In this document: positions 1-9,259 of the stretch, one piece after another
Layout of the letters: each line of letters starts with the position of its first letter
Position numbering within the stretch: position 1 is the first letter of the stretch
Origin: Gemmatimonadaceae bacterium
Lineage (GTDB): Bacteria; Gemmatimonadota; Gemmatimonadetes; Gemmatimonadales; Gemmatimonadaceae
Length of the DNA: 64,000 nucleotides
Assembly: GCA_035249985.1 (NCBI GenBank)
Contig: DATFFP010000051.1
Coordinates: 4,781-68,780, forward strand
Direction of reading: 5' to 3'
Notes under the pieces: model-generated
The model's input: only the letters and a program-made list of their open reading frames with translations
What the model was told of the DNA's origin: nothing
Database searches by the model: none
Program-made: the position numbers and the translations under genes

Positions 1-468
1 CACCTCGAGCGTCGTCTTGAGCTGCTCGAGCTGCTCGGCGGAGACGAGTGTCGGATTCGCTTTGCGGATCTCCTCGGACCGGGCGAGGTTGCTGCGCGCT
101 TGCTCCAGGTTCGCACGCGCCTGCGCTTCCTGCGCGCGTGCCGCGGCGACGCCGGCTTCGGCCCGCTGGACGCCCGCCTGGTATTGCACCGGCTCGATCT
201 CGAGCAGGAACTGCCCGCGCGAGACCATCTGGCCTTCCTTCACGGCGAGCCGCACGATGCGGCCGCTGATGTCGGCAGTGAGATCGACCTTCGTTCGTGG
301 CTCGACCTGGCCACTCGCCGTGACCGACGCGATGAGATCGCGTCGCGCCACTTCCTCCATGCGAACTTCAACGCCCTGGTTGCCCCGCTTCGCCGCGGTG
401 ACCGCGATCCACACACCCGCGACAAGCGCCAATCCCACGCCGATCCCCCACTTGGTCTTCCGGCTCAT
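1..468 (-). CDS. Efflux pump periplasmic adaptor (HlyD/MacA-type membrane fusion protein), N-terminal 156 codons; 3' end lies beyond the window start
   Basis: Absent from the ORF track because it runs off the window. Manual minus-strand translation from ATG 468-466 gives MSRKTKWGIGVGLALVAGVWIAVTAAKRGNQGVEVRMEEVARRDLIASVTASGQVEPRTKVDLTADISGRIVRLAVKEGQMVSRGQFLLEIEP..., i.e. a TM anchor, a lipoyl-like hairpin and a coiled coil. The frame is open to base 1. It ends 13 nt upstream of the TolC-like gene. Confidence 0.7.
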   Translation of the reverse strand, partial: MSRKTKWGIGVGLALVAGVWIAVTAAKRGNQGVEVRMEEVARRDLIASVTASGQVEPRTKVDLTADISGRIVRLAVKEGQMVSRGQFLLEIEPVQYQAGVQRAEAGVAAARAQEAQARANLEQARSNLARSEEIRKANPTLVSAEQLEQLKTTLEV

Positions 469-481
469 TTTTGGTCCTCGT

Positions 482-1972
482 TTAGCGAAGGGGGCGGCCG
501 ACCGCGTTTTCCAGCGCGGCCCACGCCTGATGGTAATCGTAGATGGCTGCGATTCGATCCTGCTCGGCGCGCTCGAAGCTCGAGCGTGATTCCGCCAGCT
601 CCACGAAGGTCGCGGCGCCGACGCGATACCGCTCTTCCGTGAGACGGAGCTCATCGCGGGCCTTGGCCGCGTTTTGCTCCTGCACTTCGCTCGCGCGCAC
701 GGCGGTCACGAGTGTGAAGTAGGCCGCACTGACGTCCGCCGTCAGGCGAAGCTCCTGCTGTCGCACCTGATAGCGTGCATCATCCCGCGTCGCCTGCGCA
801 ACCTGCACCCGCTGCTCGCGGGCGAACCCGTCGAACAAGGGGAGCGACACGCGTGCCTGCAAGCTGAACGGCTGCCGCGTGAAGTCGAATGGGAAGCGGT
901 CGTTCTCGCGACGGATCGCTGCTTCATCGGCGGGTCCGAACTGGAACTCGCTGTTGCAGAACGCCGTGATGGGCGCGAGTCCCGCGCCCTGGCGAATCGA
1001 ATCGGTGCTGAAGCACTGCGCGCGGTTTTGAAGCACCTGCGAGCGCTGCCCTTCGACGAGGAAGCGGTCGTTGGTGTACTGCTGCGTGTAGCCGCCCCAG
1101 CCGGTGCTCAGGCTGAGCGAGGGCAGGTACTGCGACTGCGCGCGCCGCACATCGAGCGAGGCCACGCGCTCCCGCGAACGATAGGCGCGAACGGTCGGGT
1201 TTTCTTCACGCGCGACGCGCATCACTTCATCCAATGAGATCGACGGCGCGGTGACCGCGAACTGCGAGGTCAGCCGCACATTCGGAGGTTGCGCCACGCC
1301 CATGCGCTCGAAGAGGCGGAGCTTGTCCACTTCCGCGGTATTGCGTGCGCGAAGCGCGGCGACTTGCTGCGTCCCGAGGGCGACTTCAGCTCGCGTGACG
1401 TCGAGCTGCGTTCCCGACCCGACGGCCGCGCGCGCGCGTGCAAGCTCCAGCTGCACCTGGGCGGTGGCCGTGAGCGTATCCTGGAGGATCGCCTGTGCCT
1501 CGGACTTGAGCGCCTCGAGGTAATCCTGCTTGATGAGGGCGCGGAGCGTATGGCTCGAGCCGACGATGTCGGCCTCGACCGCGTCGCGGCGGGCCGACTC
1601 CAGCTTGGGTGTGATGAAGGTCGAGGGGCTGATGTCGTACTGCAGCCCGAGCCAGTACGACGACTGGTACACGTCGGAGCTGGTGCTGAAGTTCAGCCCC
1701 TGAAACGGCTGTGAACCCTCCTTCCGGTACTCGCTGCTGAAGGAAAGGCTGGCGCTCGGCAGCAGGGCGCCGTAGGCCGCGCGAACGGACGCGCTGGCGG
1801 CGCGCCGATCGTTCACAAACTGCAGATGCAGCGGGTTGTTGCGCTGGGCGAGCGCGATCGCCTCGTCAAGCGTGAGCACGGTGCCCCGCACAGTATCCGC
1901 CACCTGCGCGATCGCGGAAACGGGCAAAAGGGCGCTGGCAAGCGCGAGCGCGACGAGCACGGTAAATCGCAT
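482..1972 (-). CDS. TolC-family outer membrane efflux protein
   Basis: ORF 482..2044 trimmed to MRFTVLVALALASALLPVSAIAQ (signal peptide). LTLDEAIALAQRNNP and two long coiled-coil repeat halves are typical of TolC/OprM family proteins. It lies downstream of the adaptor gene. Confidence 0.8.
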   Translation of the reverse strand: MRFTVLVALALASALLPVSAIAQVADTVRGTVLTLDEAIALAQRNNPLHLQFVNDRRAASASVRAAYGALLPSASLSFSSEYRKEGSQPFQGLNFSTSSDVYQSSYWLGLQYDISPSTFITPKLESARRDAVEADIVGSSHTLRALIKQDYLEALKSEAQAILQDTLTATAQVQLELARARAAVGSGTQLDVTRAEVALGTQQVAALRARNTAEVDKLRLFERMGVAQPPNVRLTSQFAVTAPSISLDEVMRVAREENPTVRAYRSRERVASLDVRRAQSQYLPSLSLSTGWGGYTQQYTNDRFLVEGQRSQVLQNRAQCFSTDSIRQGAGLAPITAFCNSEFQFGPADEAAIRRENDRFPFDFTRQPFSLQARVSLPLFDGFAREQRVQVAQATRDDARYQVRQQELRLTADVSAAYFTLVTAVRASEVQEQNAAKARDELRLTEERYRVGAATFVELAESRSSFERAEQDRIAAIYDYHQAWAALENAVGRPLR

Positions 1973-2059
1973 CGGGGGGAACCTCGAAAGGAAGGACGTG
2001 TGAGCGTACGGGGCCCCGGCGCAACCGGTTTCAGCGAGACACACGAGGCTGGGAACGCG

Positions 2060-2083
2060 AAAAAGCCCCGCGAACGCGGGGCT
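2060..2083 (-). terminator. Canonical intrinsic terminator (7-8 bp GC stem, GUUC loop, U5 tract) after CDS 2103..2780
   Basis: Plus strand reads aaaaaGCCCCGCgaacGCGGGGCt. On the minus strand this is the stem-loop GCCCCGC-GUUC-GCGGGGC followed by UUUUU, 20 nt after the stop codon at 2103. Confidence 0.7.
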
Positions 2084-2102
2084 CTTCGCCTCCAGCCATG
2101 GT

Positions 2103-2780
2103 TCAGCGAGGAGGGTCGTCCCGCGTCGCGGTGATCCCGCGGCTTTCGAGCGTGACCTTGAGGACGCGTCCCTGCGCGTCGACCCAGATCCGCCGCGTGC
2201 CGCCGTCAGGATCGGTCATCACATAACGAGTCGCGGCGATGCGACTCCCGCTGATGGTCACCGCATCGGCACCCTCGTTGTCTACGCGCATCGTGACCTG
2301 AACGTTGCGCCGTGGCACGACGACCGGTACGGCCCCGGTGCGTCCAGCGCGCGCCAGGAAGTAGTACTGGTGGAACACATCGTCGTCGAGAATCAGGGCT
2401 CCGTCGGCGACGACGTATTCACGCGCGGATTCCCCGCGAGGGGTGCGCAGCTGCGCGCTGAAGCGCCCGCGGCCGACGCGCCCCTGGAGGCGCTCCTGCA
2501 CGTCAGCGCCCGTGCTGACCTCCACCTGGTAGCGGAGCGGCGCACCAGAGGCGTCCGTCTGAAGGGCCGGAGACAGGCGGCGATCGGTGTAGACCACCGT
2601 GGCGTTGGCGACGAGCACGTCCCCGCCGGGGCTGGGCGTCCGCCGAATGGCGAACTCCTCGCGTCCGATGCGAGTCCCGTTGTGGGAAATCGTGAAGCTG
2701 CCCTCGTCGACGACCGTTACCTGCGCGGACGCCGAGAGCGCGAAGCCCAGAAGTGCGGTGCCCGCAATGAGTAGGCGCAT
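2103..2780 (-). CDS. Secreted hypothetical protein (225 aa)
   Basis: ORF 2103..3236 trimmed to M153, MRLLIAGTALLGFALSASAQ (signal peptide). The upstream 152 codons are Arg/Pro-rich, look like high-GC read-through and overlap the next gene. No family was recognised. Confidence 0.55.
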   Translation of the reverse strand: MRLLIAGTALLGFALSASAQVTVVDEGSFTISHNGTRIGREEFAIRRTPSPGGDVLVANATVVYTDRRLSPALQTDASGAPLRYQVEVSTGADVQERLQGRVGRGRFSAQLRTPRGESAREYVVADGALILDDDVFHQYYFLARAGRTGAVPVVVPRRNVQVTMRVDNEGADAVTISGSRIAATRYVMTDPDGGTRRIWVDAQGRVLKVTLESRGITATRDDPPR

Positions 2781-2812
2781 GATCTCGTGATACCCCACGG
2801 GGTGGTCTCGGT

Positions 2813-3559
2813 TCATGCTTCGGGGGCCGGCGCCAGGAAGATTCGCTCGCTGATTTTTTCGCGAAACCGCTCGTAGAGCGCTTTTCCCTTCGCCGGAGAG
2901 GCAAGCGACGGCCGCCCGATCGATCCGGGACTCCCTTTCGGGACGCGCAGCGAACCGCGCCGGTAACGTCGCATGGACTCGCGCGACATCATATAATCCT
3001 GTGCCAGATCGAGATGTACGAGCTCTGGTGCGAGAAACAACAAGAGGGACGTGTCGACCTCGTCGCCGTGCATGTGCTCGGTCTGGCCTTCGAGGAGGTC
3101 GGCGATCGGAATAGCATATATATCGACGACGCGCACTCGCGCGACGGACGTGATCACAGTCGCCAGCGCTTCCTGATGCGGATCGTGCTCGTGGGCGGTG
3201 AGGAGGATGAACTCGCGGAACCCCGTTGCCTCCCACGACGCGAGCAGGTCGTTGAGCATGCGGTGGAGAGTCTTCTTGCGAACGGAAGCATTGCCCGCGA
3301 ACGCACGTTCGGTCACCACGTTGACCCCATATTCCACCGTTGGCGCGCGCAGCACACCGTACTCTGCAGAGAGGTCATCGGCGAGACGCTCGGCGATGAT
3401 CGTGGCAGTCCCGATGGGCAGATGGGGGCCGTGCTGCTCGCACGTCCCGACTGGCACGATGAGGCGCGGATCCTCGGCGAGAATTGCCGCGACCTGAGCG
3501 GGAGTCATCTCTTTGAGCCGGCGCGGCGACGACGCGGCGGTGGGGAGGGGGACAGTCAT
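2813..3559 (-). CDS. Creatininase-family amidohydrolase
   Basis: ORF 2813..4126 trimmed to MTVPLP (an alternative start is MTPAQV at 3508). PVGTCEQHGPHLPIGTA and LLTAHEHDPH are metal-binding motifs typical of the creatinine amidohydrolase family. Confidence 0.8.
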   Translation of the reverse strand: MTVPLPTAASSPRRLKEMTPAQVAAILAEDPRLIVPVGTCEQHGPHLPIGTATIIAERLADDLSAEYGVLRAPTVEYGVNVVTERAFAGNASVRKKTLHRMLNDLLASWEATGFREFILLTAHEHDPHQEALATVITSVARVRVVDIYAIPIADLLEGQTEHMHGDEVDTSLLLFLAPELVHLDLAQDYMMSRESMRRYRRGSLRVPKGSPGSIGRPSLASPAKGKALYERFREKISERIFLAPAPEA

Positions 3560-6500
3560 TTCCTTCGGTGAGGAAGTCCAGCCAGCACGACCCGCGCGCC
3601 TGACGGGGCTTCCCGCGGCGCGCGTCTGGACGGTGGTGGTGGCCGCGGCGCTCGTGACCGCTGCGCTGTGGCTCCGCACGCCCGACGTACGGTACCTCGC
3701 GCCGGCGGCCCTCGCTACCGTGCTGGCGGCGATCCTCCTCAAACGCGTACCCCGGACGCTGCGCGCGTGGGGCGTGGCGACCGCACTGGCGCTCGCCGCG
3801 TTTTGTGCGATGGGCGCGATCGCGCAGCGCGAGCTCACTCGCATTGCGCGGGATTGGTCGACGTACCGCGCCGGGCGAATCACGCGTGGCGCGCAGCGCC
3901 TCGATGTCACGCTCGACAGCATCGAGGCGGCGCTGACGCAGCGCGCGCGCACGGCGCTCGAAGCCCCCAGCGACACGATGCGGGCGTTCGACCATCTCCG
4001 CCGTCTGGTGCGTGAGGATCGCGCACAGACCGTTGCCTTATACCACGGGGGGCAACCCCTGGCCTGGGCCGGGCGGCCCCGCGTGCGCACGGACTCGGTC
4101 GCAGGCGCGGGAGGCGTGATCTTCACGCCGTTCTACGTCACGCTCTACGCCGCGGCGGAGCGCGGCGACCGGCGCGCCGTGGCAGCGGCGCTCGTGCACG
4201 CTGAGCCTCCCGCGGACCGCCTGGCTCAGGCGGTCGACGAGCGGGTAGCCGAGCGCTCGGGGCTGCATGGATTCCAGTTCGCGTTGCCAACCGTCCGGGA
4301 GCTTGCCGAAAGCACCCCCTACGTTGGGCGCGGCGGCGACACCCTCTTTCGCCTTCGCCCGCTGGTGCCCGCCCAGGGCGAGGCGGCGCTCATCGCCCTC
4401 GATCGCACGCGCGAGCGCGGCGCGATCGTGCTGGCGGTCGCGCTGGTGCTCTTCCTCGCCGCGTCGTGGGCCCGTCTGCGATCGCTCACCTGGCGGCTGG
4501 CGACGCTGGCGGTCGCGCTCGCCTGCGTGGGGCTCGTGCCGTTGGGCACGTTTTCGAGCGACACTTCGCTGTTCGATCCCACCGTGTACTCGGCGACGCT
4601 TGGCGGCCCCTTCACCGCGAGCGTCGGGGCGCTGGCCCTTTCCAGCGCGACGCTGCTGCTCGCGCTGCTGACCGTGCTCCGCACGCGGACACGCACCGCC
4701 TGGAGACCCACGGCCGCCGTGATCGTGGTCGTCGTCATGTCGCTCGGGCCGTTTCTTCTCCGCGACCTGGCGCGTGGCGTCACGGTGCCGGCGTCCGGTA
4801 TAACCGTCGGACTCTGGCTCTCGTGGCAGGTCGCGATCTTCCTCGCCGCCGCGGCCCTGCTCCTCGGCGCGGCCGCTGCCGGCGGCGCGGTGCTGGGAGC
4901 CACCCGTGGACTCCATCCGGCAATCGCTCCCACCCTTGCCGCGCTCGCCGCGCTCATCGGCCCGGTGGTCTGGGACGCGCCGGGTCGCTGGCCGGGTTGG
5001 TATCCGATCCTCTGGATCGCGGCGATCGGAGCACTCGCCCTCACGCGCCGGCATGTCGCCTTCATCGTGACCGCGGCCACCGTCGCTGCGTTCGGCGCGG
5101 CGACGCTCACGTGGGGTGCAGGCGTGCGGGGGCGAGTCGCGCTCGCGAATGACGATGTCGGCGATCTTGCCGCGCCCGATCCATATCCCGTCGCGCTGCT
5201 GGAGCGCCTCGCCGATTCCATTGAGGCCGGGTCCCCCCCGCTCACCGAGGCCGAGCTGCTGCGGCGTTTCGTGCGCTCCGACCTGGCCGGAGCGGGCTAC
5301 CCGGCGTCGCTGTCGAGCTGGCTTCCCGACGGATTCCCCGGCGCCCTGCTCTCACTCACGCCGGCGGATATCGATCAGCGCGAAGTGGGCCCCGTCGTCA
5401 CCGACGCTCGGCGGCGCGGACAGCGAGTCGTGCGCCTCGTGCCCTCTATCCCCGGGACGAACACCATCCTCGCCGTGCCGCACGAGGGAGGCACGGTGAC
5501 AGCGGTGGTCGTGCAGCCACGTACGCGGCTCATTCCCGACGATCCCTTTTCAGCACTGCTGGGTCTCGAGCCGCGCGAGCGCGGCGAGCCGCCGTACTCG
5601 CTGGCCCTCACCGACGTCGATGCGCGCGCGCCGCTGCCGCCGGCAGGGGAGACGCACTGGTCTCGCGACGCCAACGAGCTCCACGGCGACCGTACCATCG
5701 CGACGCCTAACGGGCCCGCTCGTGCGCACATCGAGGTCGATCTGCGCTCGCTCGACGTATTGCTGCAGCGCGGGACGCTGGTCGTGCTGTTCGACCTGGT
5801 GCTGCTGCTCGGTCTCTGGATGGTCAGCGTCGTGCCGGGTGGCGCCTTCGGGCGATGGCTCCGCGCACGGCGGCGACGGTGGTCGCGCTCGTACCGCGCG
5901 CGCCTCACCGTCGCGTTGTTCCTCTTTTTCGTCATTCCCGCCGGCGTTTTCGCGCTGTGGAGCTATCGGCGACTCCAGGACGAGGTGCGCCAATCCCGCG
6001 AGCTCCTGGTGCGCGAGACGCTCCGCGCCGGCGCAGCCGCCGAGGATCTCGAGAAGCTCGACGAAATCGGCGATCGCCTGCAGACGCCCCTGTTTCTCTA
6101 TCGCGACGGTGCGCTGCGACGCGCCAGCGCGGCACTCCACGAGTCGCTCGCGGCGTTTGGCCGATTCCTCCCGCGCAACGTGCATGCGGCGCTGACGCTG
6201 GGAGGGGAAGTCAACGCGAGTCAAACCCTCTCGGTCGGGGGCGTGTCGACGCTCGTGGGATACCGATTGAGCGCCGGGCCGTCTGGTGAGCGCGATGTGA
6301 TCGCGGCTCCGGCGCGCGGCGGCGAAGCACTCCTGGAGCGACGACGACGAGATCTCGGCGTCCTCGTCCTGTTCGCGACCGTGCTCGGGGCGCTCGCGGC
6401 GCTCTGGCTGAGCGGAGTGGCGGCTCGGTCACTCGCGCAACCCATTGGATCGCTCCAAAGTGCCGCTCTGGCGATCGCTGGTGGTGATCGCGAGCCGCAG

Positions 6501-7586
6501 CTCACCGGGTTGCCGCCGGAGGAATTCGCCCCCGTGTTCACCGCCTTCCGGCGAATGGCCTCCGATCTCGGTGAAAGTCGCGCGGCGCTCGAGGAGACGC
6601 AGCGTCGCATCGCGGCGATTCTGCGCAACGTCGCCAGCGGCGTGATTGCCGTCGATCGGTCGATGACCGTCACCCTGGCGAACCCTGCGGCGGACGCGCT
6701 GCTCGGTGAGCGGATCCCGCCCGCGACACGTCTGGAGGACGTCGCGCCTGATGCGCTCGTGGAGCGAGTTCAGTCCTTCCTCAACCACGAGGTCGACGAG
6801 GAAGAGTTCGACGAAACGGTTGGCCAGCGGCAGCTGCATGTTCGGCTCACCCGCCTCACACGCGGTGTCGGCGGAGCGGTCATCACGATGGATGACGTCA
6901 CCGATCTCGCGCGGGCGCAGCGTGTGCTCGCGTGGGGCGAGATGGCGCGTCAGGTCGCGCACGAGATCAAGAATCCACTCACCCCGATTCGGCTGGGTGT
7001 ACAGCACCTTCGACGTGCCCGCGCCGACGCGCGCGCGGACTTCGACGCGATCCTCGATCGCAACGTCGCACGCATTCTCTCCGAGATCGACCGCCTCGAC
7101 GAGATCGCGCGGAGCTTCAGTCGATACGGAACGGCCCCCGCCGAGCGACTGCCCGCGAAGGCGACCGACGTGGCGGCGGTCGTGCGCGATGTCGTGGAGC
7201 TGGAGCGGCTGGGCCGGGACGAGATCGAATGGCGTGCGAGCGGCGTCGACTCGCCGGCGCTCGCGCTCGCCAGCGAGGACGAGCTGCGCGAGGTCCTCAT
7301 TAATCTGCTCGAGAATGCCCGGCTCGCGAATGCGCGACACGTCGAGATGCGGGTGAGCGTCGACGGCGACCACGTACAGGTCGATGTCGAGGATGATGGG
7401 CATGGTATCGCGCCCGAGGTGTTGCCCCGGATCTTCGAGCCGCACTTCTCGACGCGAACGAGCGGGAGCGGGCTTGGCCTCGCGATCAGCCGACAGCTGC
7501 TCGAGGGCTGGGGCGGAACGATCGGCATCGAGAGCGGTGCGCCGGGCGGCGCCGTCGTGCGAATCCGTCTGCGGCGCCCGGAGTGA
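3513..7586 (+). CDS. NtrY-like multi-TM sensor histidine kinase (HAMP-PAS-HisKA-HATPase) with a very long N-terminal membrane/extracytoplasmic region
   Basis: 1357-aa ORF. About 10 hydrophobic segments lie in the first ~750 aa, followed by HAMP (SLAQPIGSLQSAALAIAGGD), PAS (ILRNVASGVIAVDRSMTVTLANPAA), the H-box AHEIKNPLTPI and N/G boxes (NLLENA, DDGHGI, GSGLGLAIS). The start is uncertain because the longest ORF overlaps the divergent creatininase start. Confidence 0.85.
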   Translation: MSRRGDDAAVGRGTVISFGEEVQPARPARLTGLPAARVWTVVVAAALVTAALWLRTPDVRYLAPAALATVLAAILLKRVPRTLRAWGVATALALAAFCAMGAIAQRELTRIARDWSTYRAGRITRGAQRLDVTLDSIEAALTQRARTALEAPSDTMRAFDHLRRLVREDRAQTVALYHGGQPLAWAGRPRVRTDSVAGAGGVIFTPFYVTLYAAAERGDRRAVAAALVHAEPPADRLAQAVDERVAERSGLHGFQFALPTVRELAESTPYVGRGGDTLFRLRPLVPAQGEAALIALDRTRERGAIVLAVALVLFLAASWARLRSLTWRLATLAVALACVGLVPLGTFSSDTSLFDPTVYSATLGGPFTASVGALALSSATLLLALLTVLRTRTRTAWRPTAAVIVVVVMSLGPFLLRDLARGVTVPASGITVGLWLSWQVAIFLAAAALLLGAAAAGGAVLGATRGLHPAIAPTLAALAALIGPVVWDAPGRWPGWYPILWIAAIGALALTRRHVAFIVTAATVAAFGAATLTWGAGVRGRVALANDDVGDLAAPDPYPVALLERLADSIEAGSPPLTEAELLRRFVRSDLAGAGYPASLSSWLPDGFPGALLSLTPADIDQREVGPVVTDARRRGQRVVRLVPSIPGTNTILAVPHEGGTVTAVVVQPRTRLIPDDPFSALLGLEPRERGEPPYSLALTDVDARAPLPPAGETHWSRDANELHGDRTIATPNGPARAHIEVDLRSLDVLLQRGTLVVLFDLVLLLGLWMVSVVPGGAFGRWLRARRRRWSRSYRARLTVALFLFFVIPAGVFALWSYRRLQDEVRQSRELLVRETLRAGAAAEDLEKLDEIGDRLQTPLFLYRDGALRRASAALHESLAAFGRFLPRNVHAALTLGGEVNASQTLSVGGVSTLVGYRLSAGPSGERDVIAAPARGGEALLERRRRDLGVLVLFATVLGALAALWLSGVAARSLAQPIGSLQSAALAIAGGDREPQLTGLPPEEFAPVFTAFRRMASDLGESRAALEETQRRIAAILRNVASGVIAVDRSMTVTLANPAADALLGERIPPATRLEDVAPDALVERVQSFLNHEVDEEEFDETVGQRQLHVRLTRLTRGVGGAVITMDDVTDLARAQRVLAWGEMARQVAHEIKNPLTPIRLGVQHLRRARADARADFDAILDRNVARILSEIDRLDEIARSFSRYGTAPAERLPAKATDVAAVVRDVVELERLGRDEIEWRASGVDSPALALASEDELREVLINLLENARLANARHVEMRVSVDGDHVQVDVEDDGHGIAPEVLPRIFEPHFSTRTSGSGLGLAISRQLLEGWGGTIGIESGAPGGAVVRIRLRRPE

Positions 7587-7646
7587 AACGAGACGGGAGC
7601 CGCGCGCGTACGGTCAGCAGGATCAACGCTTTCAAGGAGTCCCCCC

Positions 7647-7925
7647 GTGATCGAGCTACTCGCAACCGTCGGCGCCGTGGTCGTATCCGCCTTCGCGTTC
7701 ATTCAGTCGCGCCTGTACGTGCGGCGCCGCCTTCAGTTCGTCGATGCCGTGCACTCGCCGGCCGCTCCGTTCATAGCCGGCGGCCTCGCGCTCGCCCTCG
7801 CGGCCCCGATCGTGTGGATCGTGCCCTTCGTGGGAACCGGCTCGGCGTTACTCTTTGGACTCGCCGTCGGGTTTGGGGTGGCGCGCGGCGCTGGAGACGT
7901 GAGAAAACGCCTGCCGCACGGATAA
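7647..7925 (+). CDS. Small membrane protein (92 aa), hypothetical
   Basis: GTG-start ORF with three hydrophobic segments (LLATVGAVVVSAFAFI, FIAGGLALALAAPIVWIVPFV, ALLFGLAVGFGVA). It is followed immediately by hairpin E1. Confidence 0.45.
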   Translation: MIELLATVGAVVVSAFAFIQSRLYVRRRLQFVDAVHSPAAPFIAGGLALALAAPIVWIVPFVGTGSALLFGLAVGFGVARGAGDVRKRLPHG

Positions 7926-7930
7926 TCACT

Positions 7931-8033
7931 CGAACGGCAGAGACGTCAGAGGTCAGAATACAGAATTCAGAGTTCAGACAAACTATCTGAACTCTGAATT
8001 CTGCAGTCTGACCTCTGACGTCTCTGCCGTTCG
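7931..8033. repeat. Hairpin element E1: 48-nt inverted arms made of WCAGARK heptads, 7-nt loop
   Basis: Left arm 7931-7978 is cgaacggcagagacgtcagaggtcagaatacagaattcagagttcaga. Right arm 7986-8033 is its reverse complement with 2 mismatches. It starts 5 nt after the TAA at 7925 and ends 35 nt before the pnuC ATG. It is AT-rich relative to the window. Confidence 0.9.
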
Positions 8034-8068
8034 GGCTCAAAGGGTCGGCGCTGACGTATCATTCCCTC

Positions 8069-8653
8069 ATGGATCCGATCGAAGTCACCGCGGCCCTGTT
8101 TGGAGTGGCGTCCGTCTATCTCAGCGCCCGCCAGAACGTCTGGAACTGGCCGCTGGGGATCATCAACGTCACCCTCTACATCTTCGTCTTCCACGAAGCG
8201 AAGCTCTATGCCGACATGGGGCTCCAGGCCGTGTACATCGTGCTCGCGGCCTACGGCTGGTGGCATTGGCTGCACGGCGGAACGAACCGCGGGGCCTTGC
8301 GCGTGTCGCGCGCGCCCCGACGAGAGATCATCCTGCTCACCATCGCGTTCGTCGCCGGCACGACCGCGCTCTCGACGCTCCTCGCGCGTACGACCGACGC
8401 GTCGCTTCCCCTCGCCGATTCGGCCCTCACCGCAGCCAGCCTCGTCGCGCAGTACATGATGACGCGCAAGTACGTGGAGTGCTGGCTGGTGTGGATCGCA
8501 GCCGACACCGCGTACGTCGCGATGTTCATCTACAAATCGCTCTGGCCGACCGCCGGACTGTATCTCCTGTTCACCGTTCTCGCTGTGGTCGGGTGGCGGC
8601 ACTGGCGGGCGTCGCTGCGCGAGCAGTCCCTTCCGCACGCCGCGTTCGCGTGA
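8069..8653 (+). CDS. pnuC: Nicotinamide riboside transporter PnuC
   Basis: 194 aa, about 7 TM segments. N-terminal EVTAALFGVASVYLSARQNVWNWPLGIIN and the WW-containing AAYGWWHW are typical PnuC signatures. Confidence 0.85.
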   Translation: MDPIEVTAALFGVASVYLSARQNVWNWPLGIINVTLYIFVFHEAKLYADMGLQAVYIVLAAYGWWHWLHGGTNRGALRVSRAPRREIILLTIAFVAGTTALSTLLARTTDASLPLADSALTAASLVAQYMMTRKYVECWLVWIAADTAYVAMFIYKSLWPTAGLYLLFTVLAVVGWRHWRASLREQSLPHAAFA

Positions 8654-9192
8654 GCGCCGAGCGCACGCGCCGGGTGACGGTCACGGGTTCAGAATCGACC
8701 GGAAAGACGTGGCTGGCTGAGCGACTGGCAACACGCTTCGAAACCGTCTGGTCGCGAGAGTTTTCCCGCGAGTACGCGCTCGACAAGGGCGCTCCGCTGG
8801 ACGCGTCCGACGTCGAACCCATAGCGCGGGGGCAGCTGCGCGGCGAAGACGAGATGCTCCGTCGAGCGCGCGGCCTGGCCATTCTCGATACCGATCTCGT
8901 CAGCACGGTGGTCTACGCGGAGCACTACTACGGACGGTGCCCACCCTGGATCGACGCCGCCGCACGAGGGCGGCTCGCCGAGCTCTATTTGCTGTGCGAC
9001 ATCGATGTGCCATGGGTCGGGGATCCGGCGCGCGATCGCCCGCACGCCCGGCACGAGCTCCACGCCGCGTTCACCAAACAGCTCGAGCGATACGGTGCGC
9101 AATGCGTGGCCGTGCGCGGGATTTGGGAGGAGCGAGAGGCCATAGCTGTCGCGGCGATCGAAGCTCGCCTCGCACTGCGGGCGCAGAAATAG
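8650..9192 (+). CDS. NadR-type ribosylnicotinamide kinase-like P-loop ATPase (kinase domain only)
   Basis: GTG at 8650 overlaps the pnuC stop (GTGA) and is in frame with ORF 8260..9192. P-loop VTVTGSESTGKTWL. Its ~180 aa length and pnuC linkage match the NadR C-terminal RNK domain. Confidence 0.7.
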   Translation: MSAERTRRVTVTGSESTGKTWLAERLATRFETVWSREFSREYALDKGAPLDASDVEPIARGQLRGEDEMLRRARGLAILDTDLVSTVVYAEHYYGRCPPWIDAAARGRLAELYLLCDIDVPWVGDPARDRPHARHELHAAFTKQLERYGAQCVAVRGIWEEREAIAVAAIEARLALRAQK

Positions 9193-9259
9193 AGCTCGCG
9201 GCTGGTCCGCGCACCTGGGGCACGCATTATCTTCCTGAAGTCGCGGTGGCGTCTCCGCC

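Noticed and set aside
2813-4126. The long N-terminal extensions of track ORFs 2813..4126, 2103..3236, 8260..9192, 29900..31483, 21694..22701 and 41938..42372, read as real coding sequence.
   Set aside because: The extensions overlap neighbouring genes, are Arg/Ser/Pro-rich and low in complexity, and precede internal starts that give family-typical N-termini or signal peptides. I trimmed the CDSs accordingly.
8034-8068. An NAD+-II (pnuC-motif) riboswitch upstream of pnuC, and a vitamin riboswitch upstream of the TonB-dependent receptor (9193-9259).
   Set aside because: Only 35 nt lie between E1 and the pnuC ATG, and only 67 nt lie upstream of the receptor. That is too short for the cobalamin or TPP aptamers, and I saw no pseudoknot-forming conserved motif. 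This cannot be excluded without a covariance-model scan.
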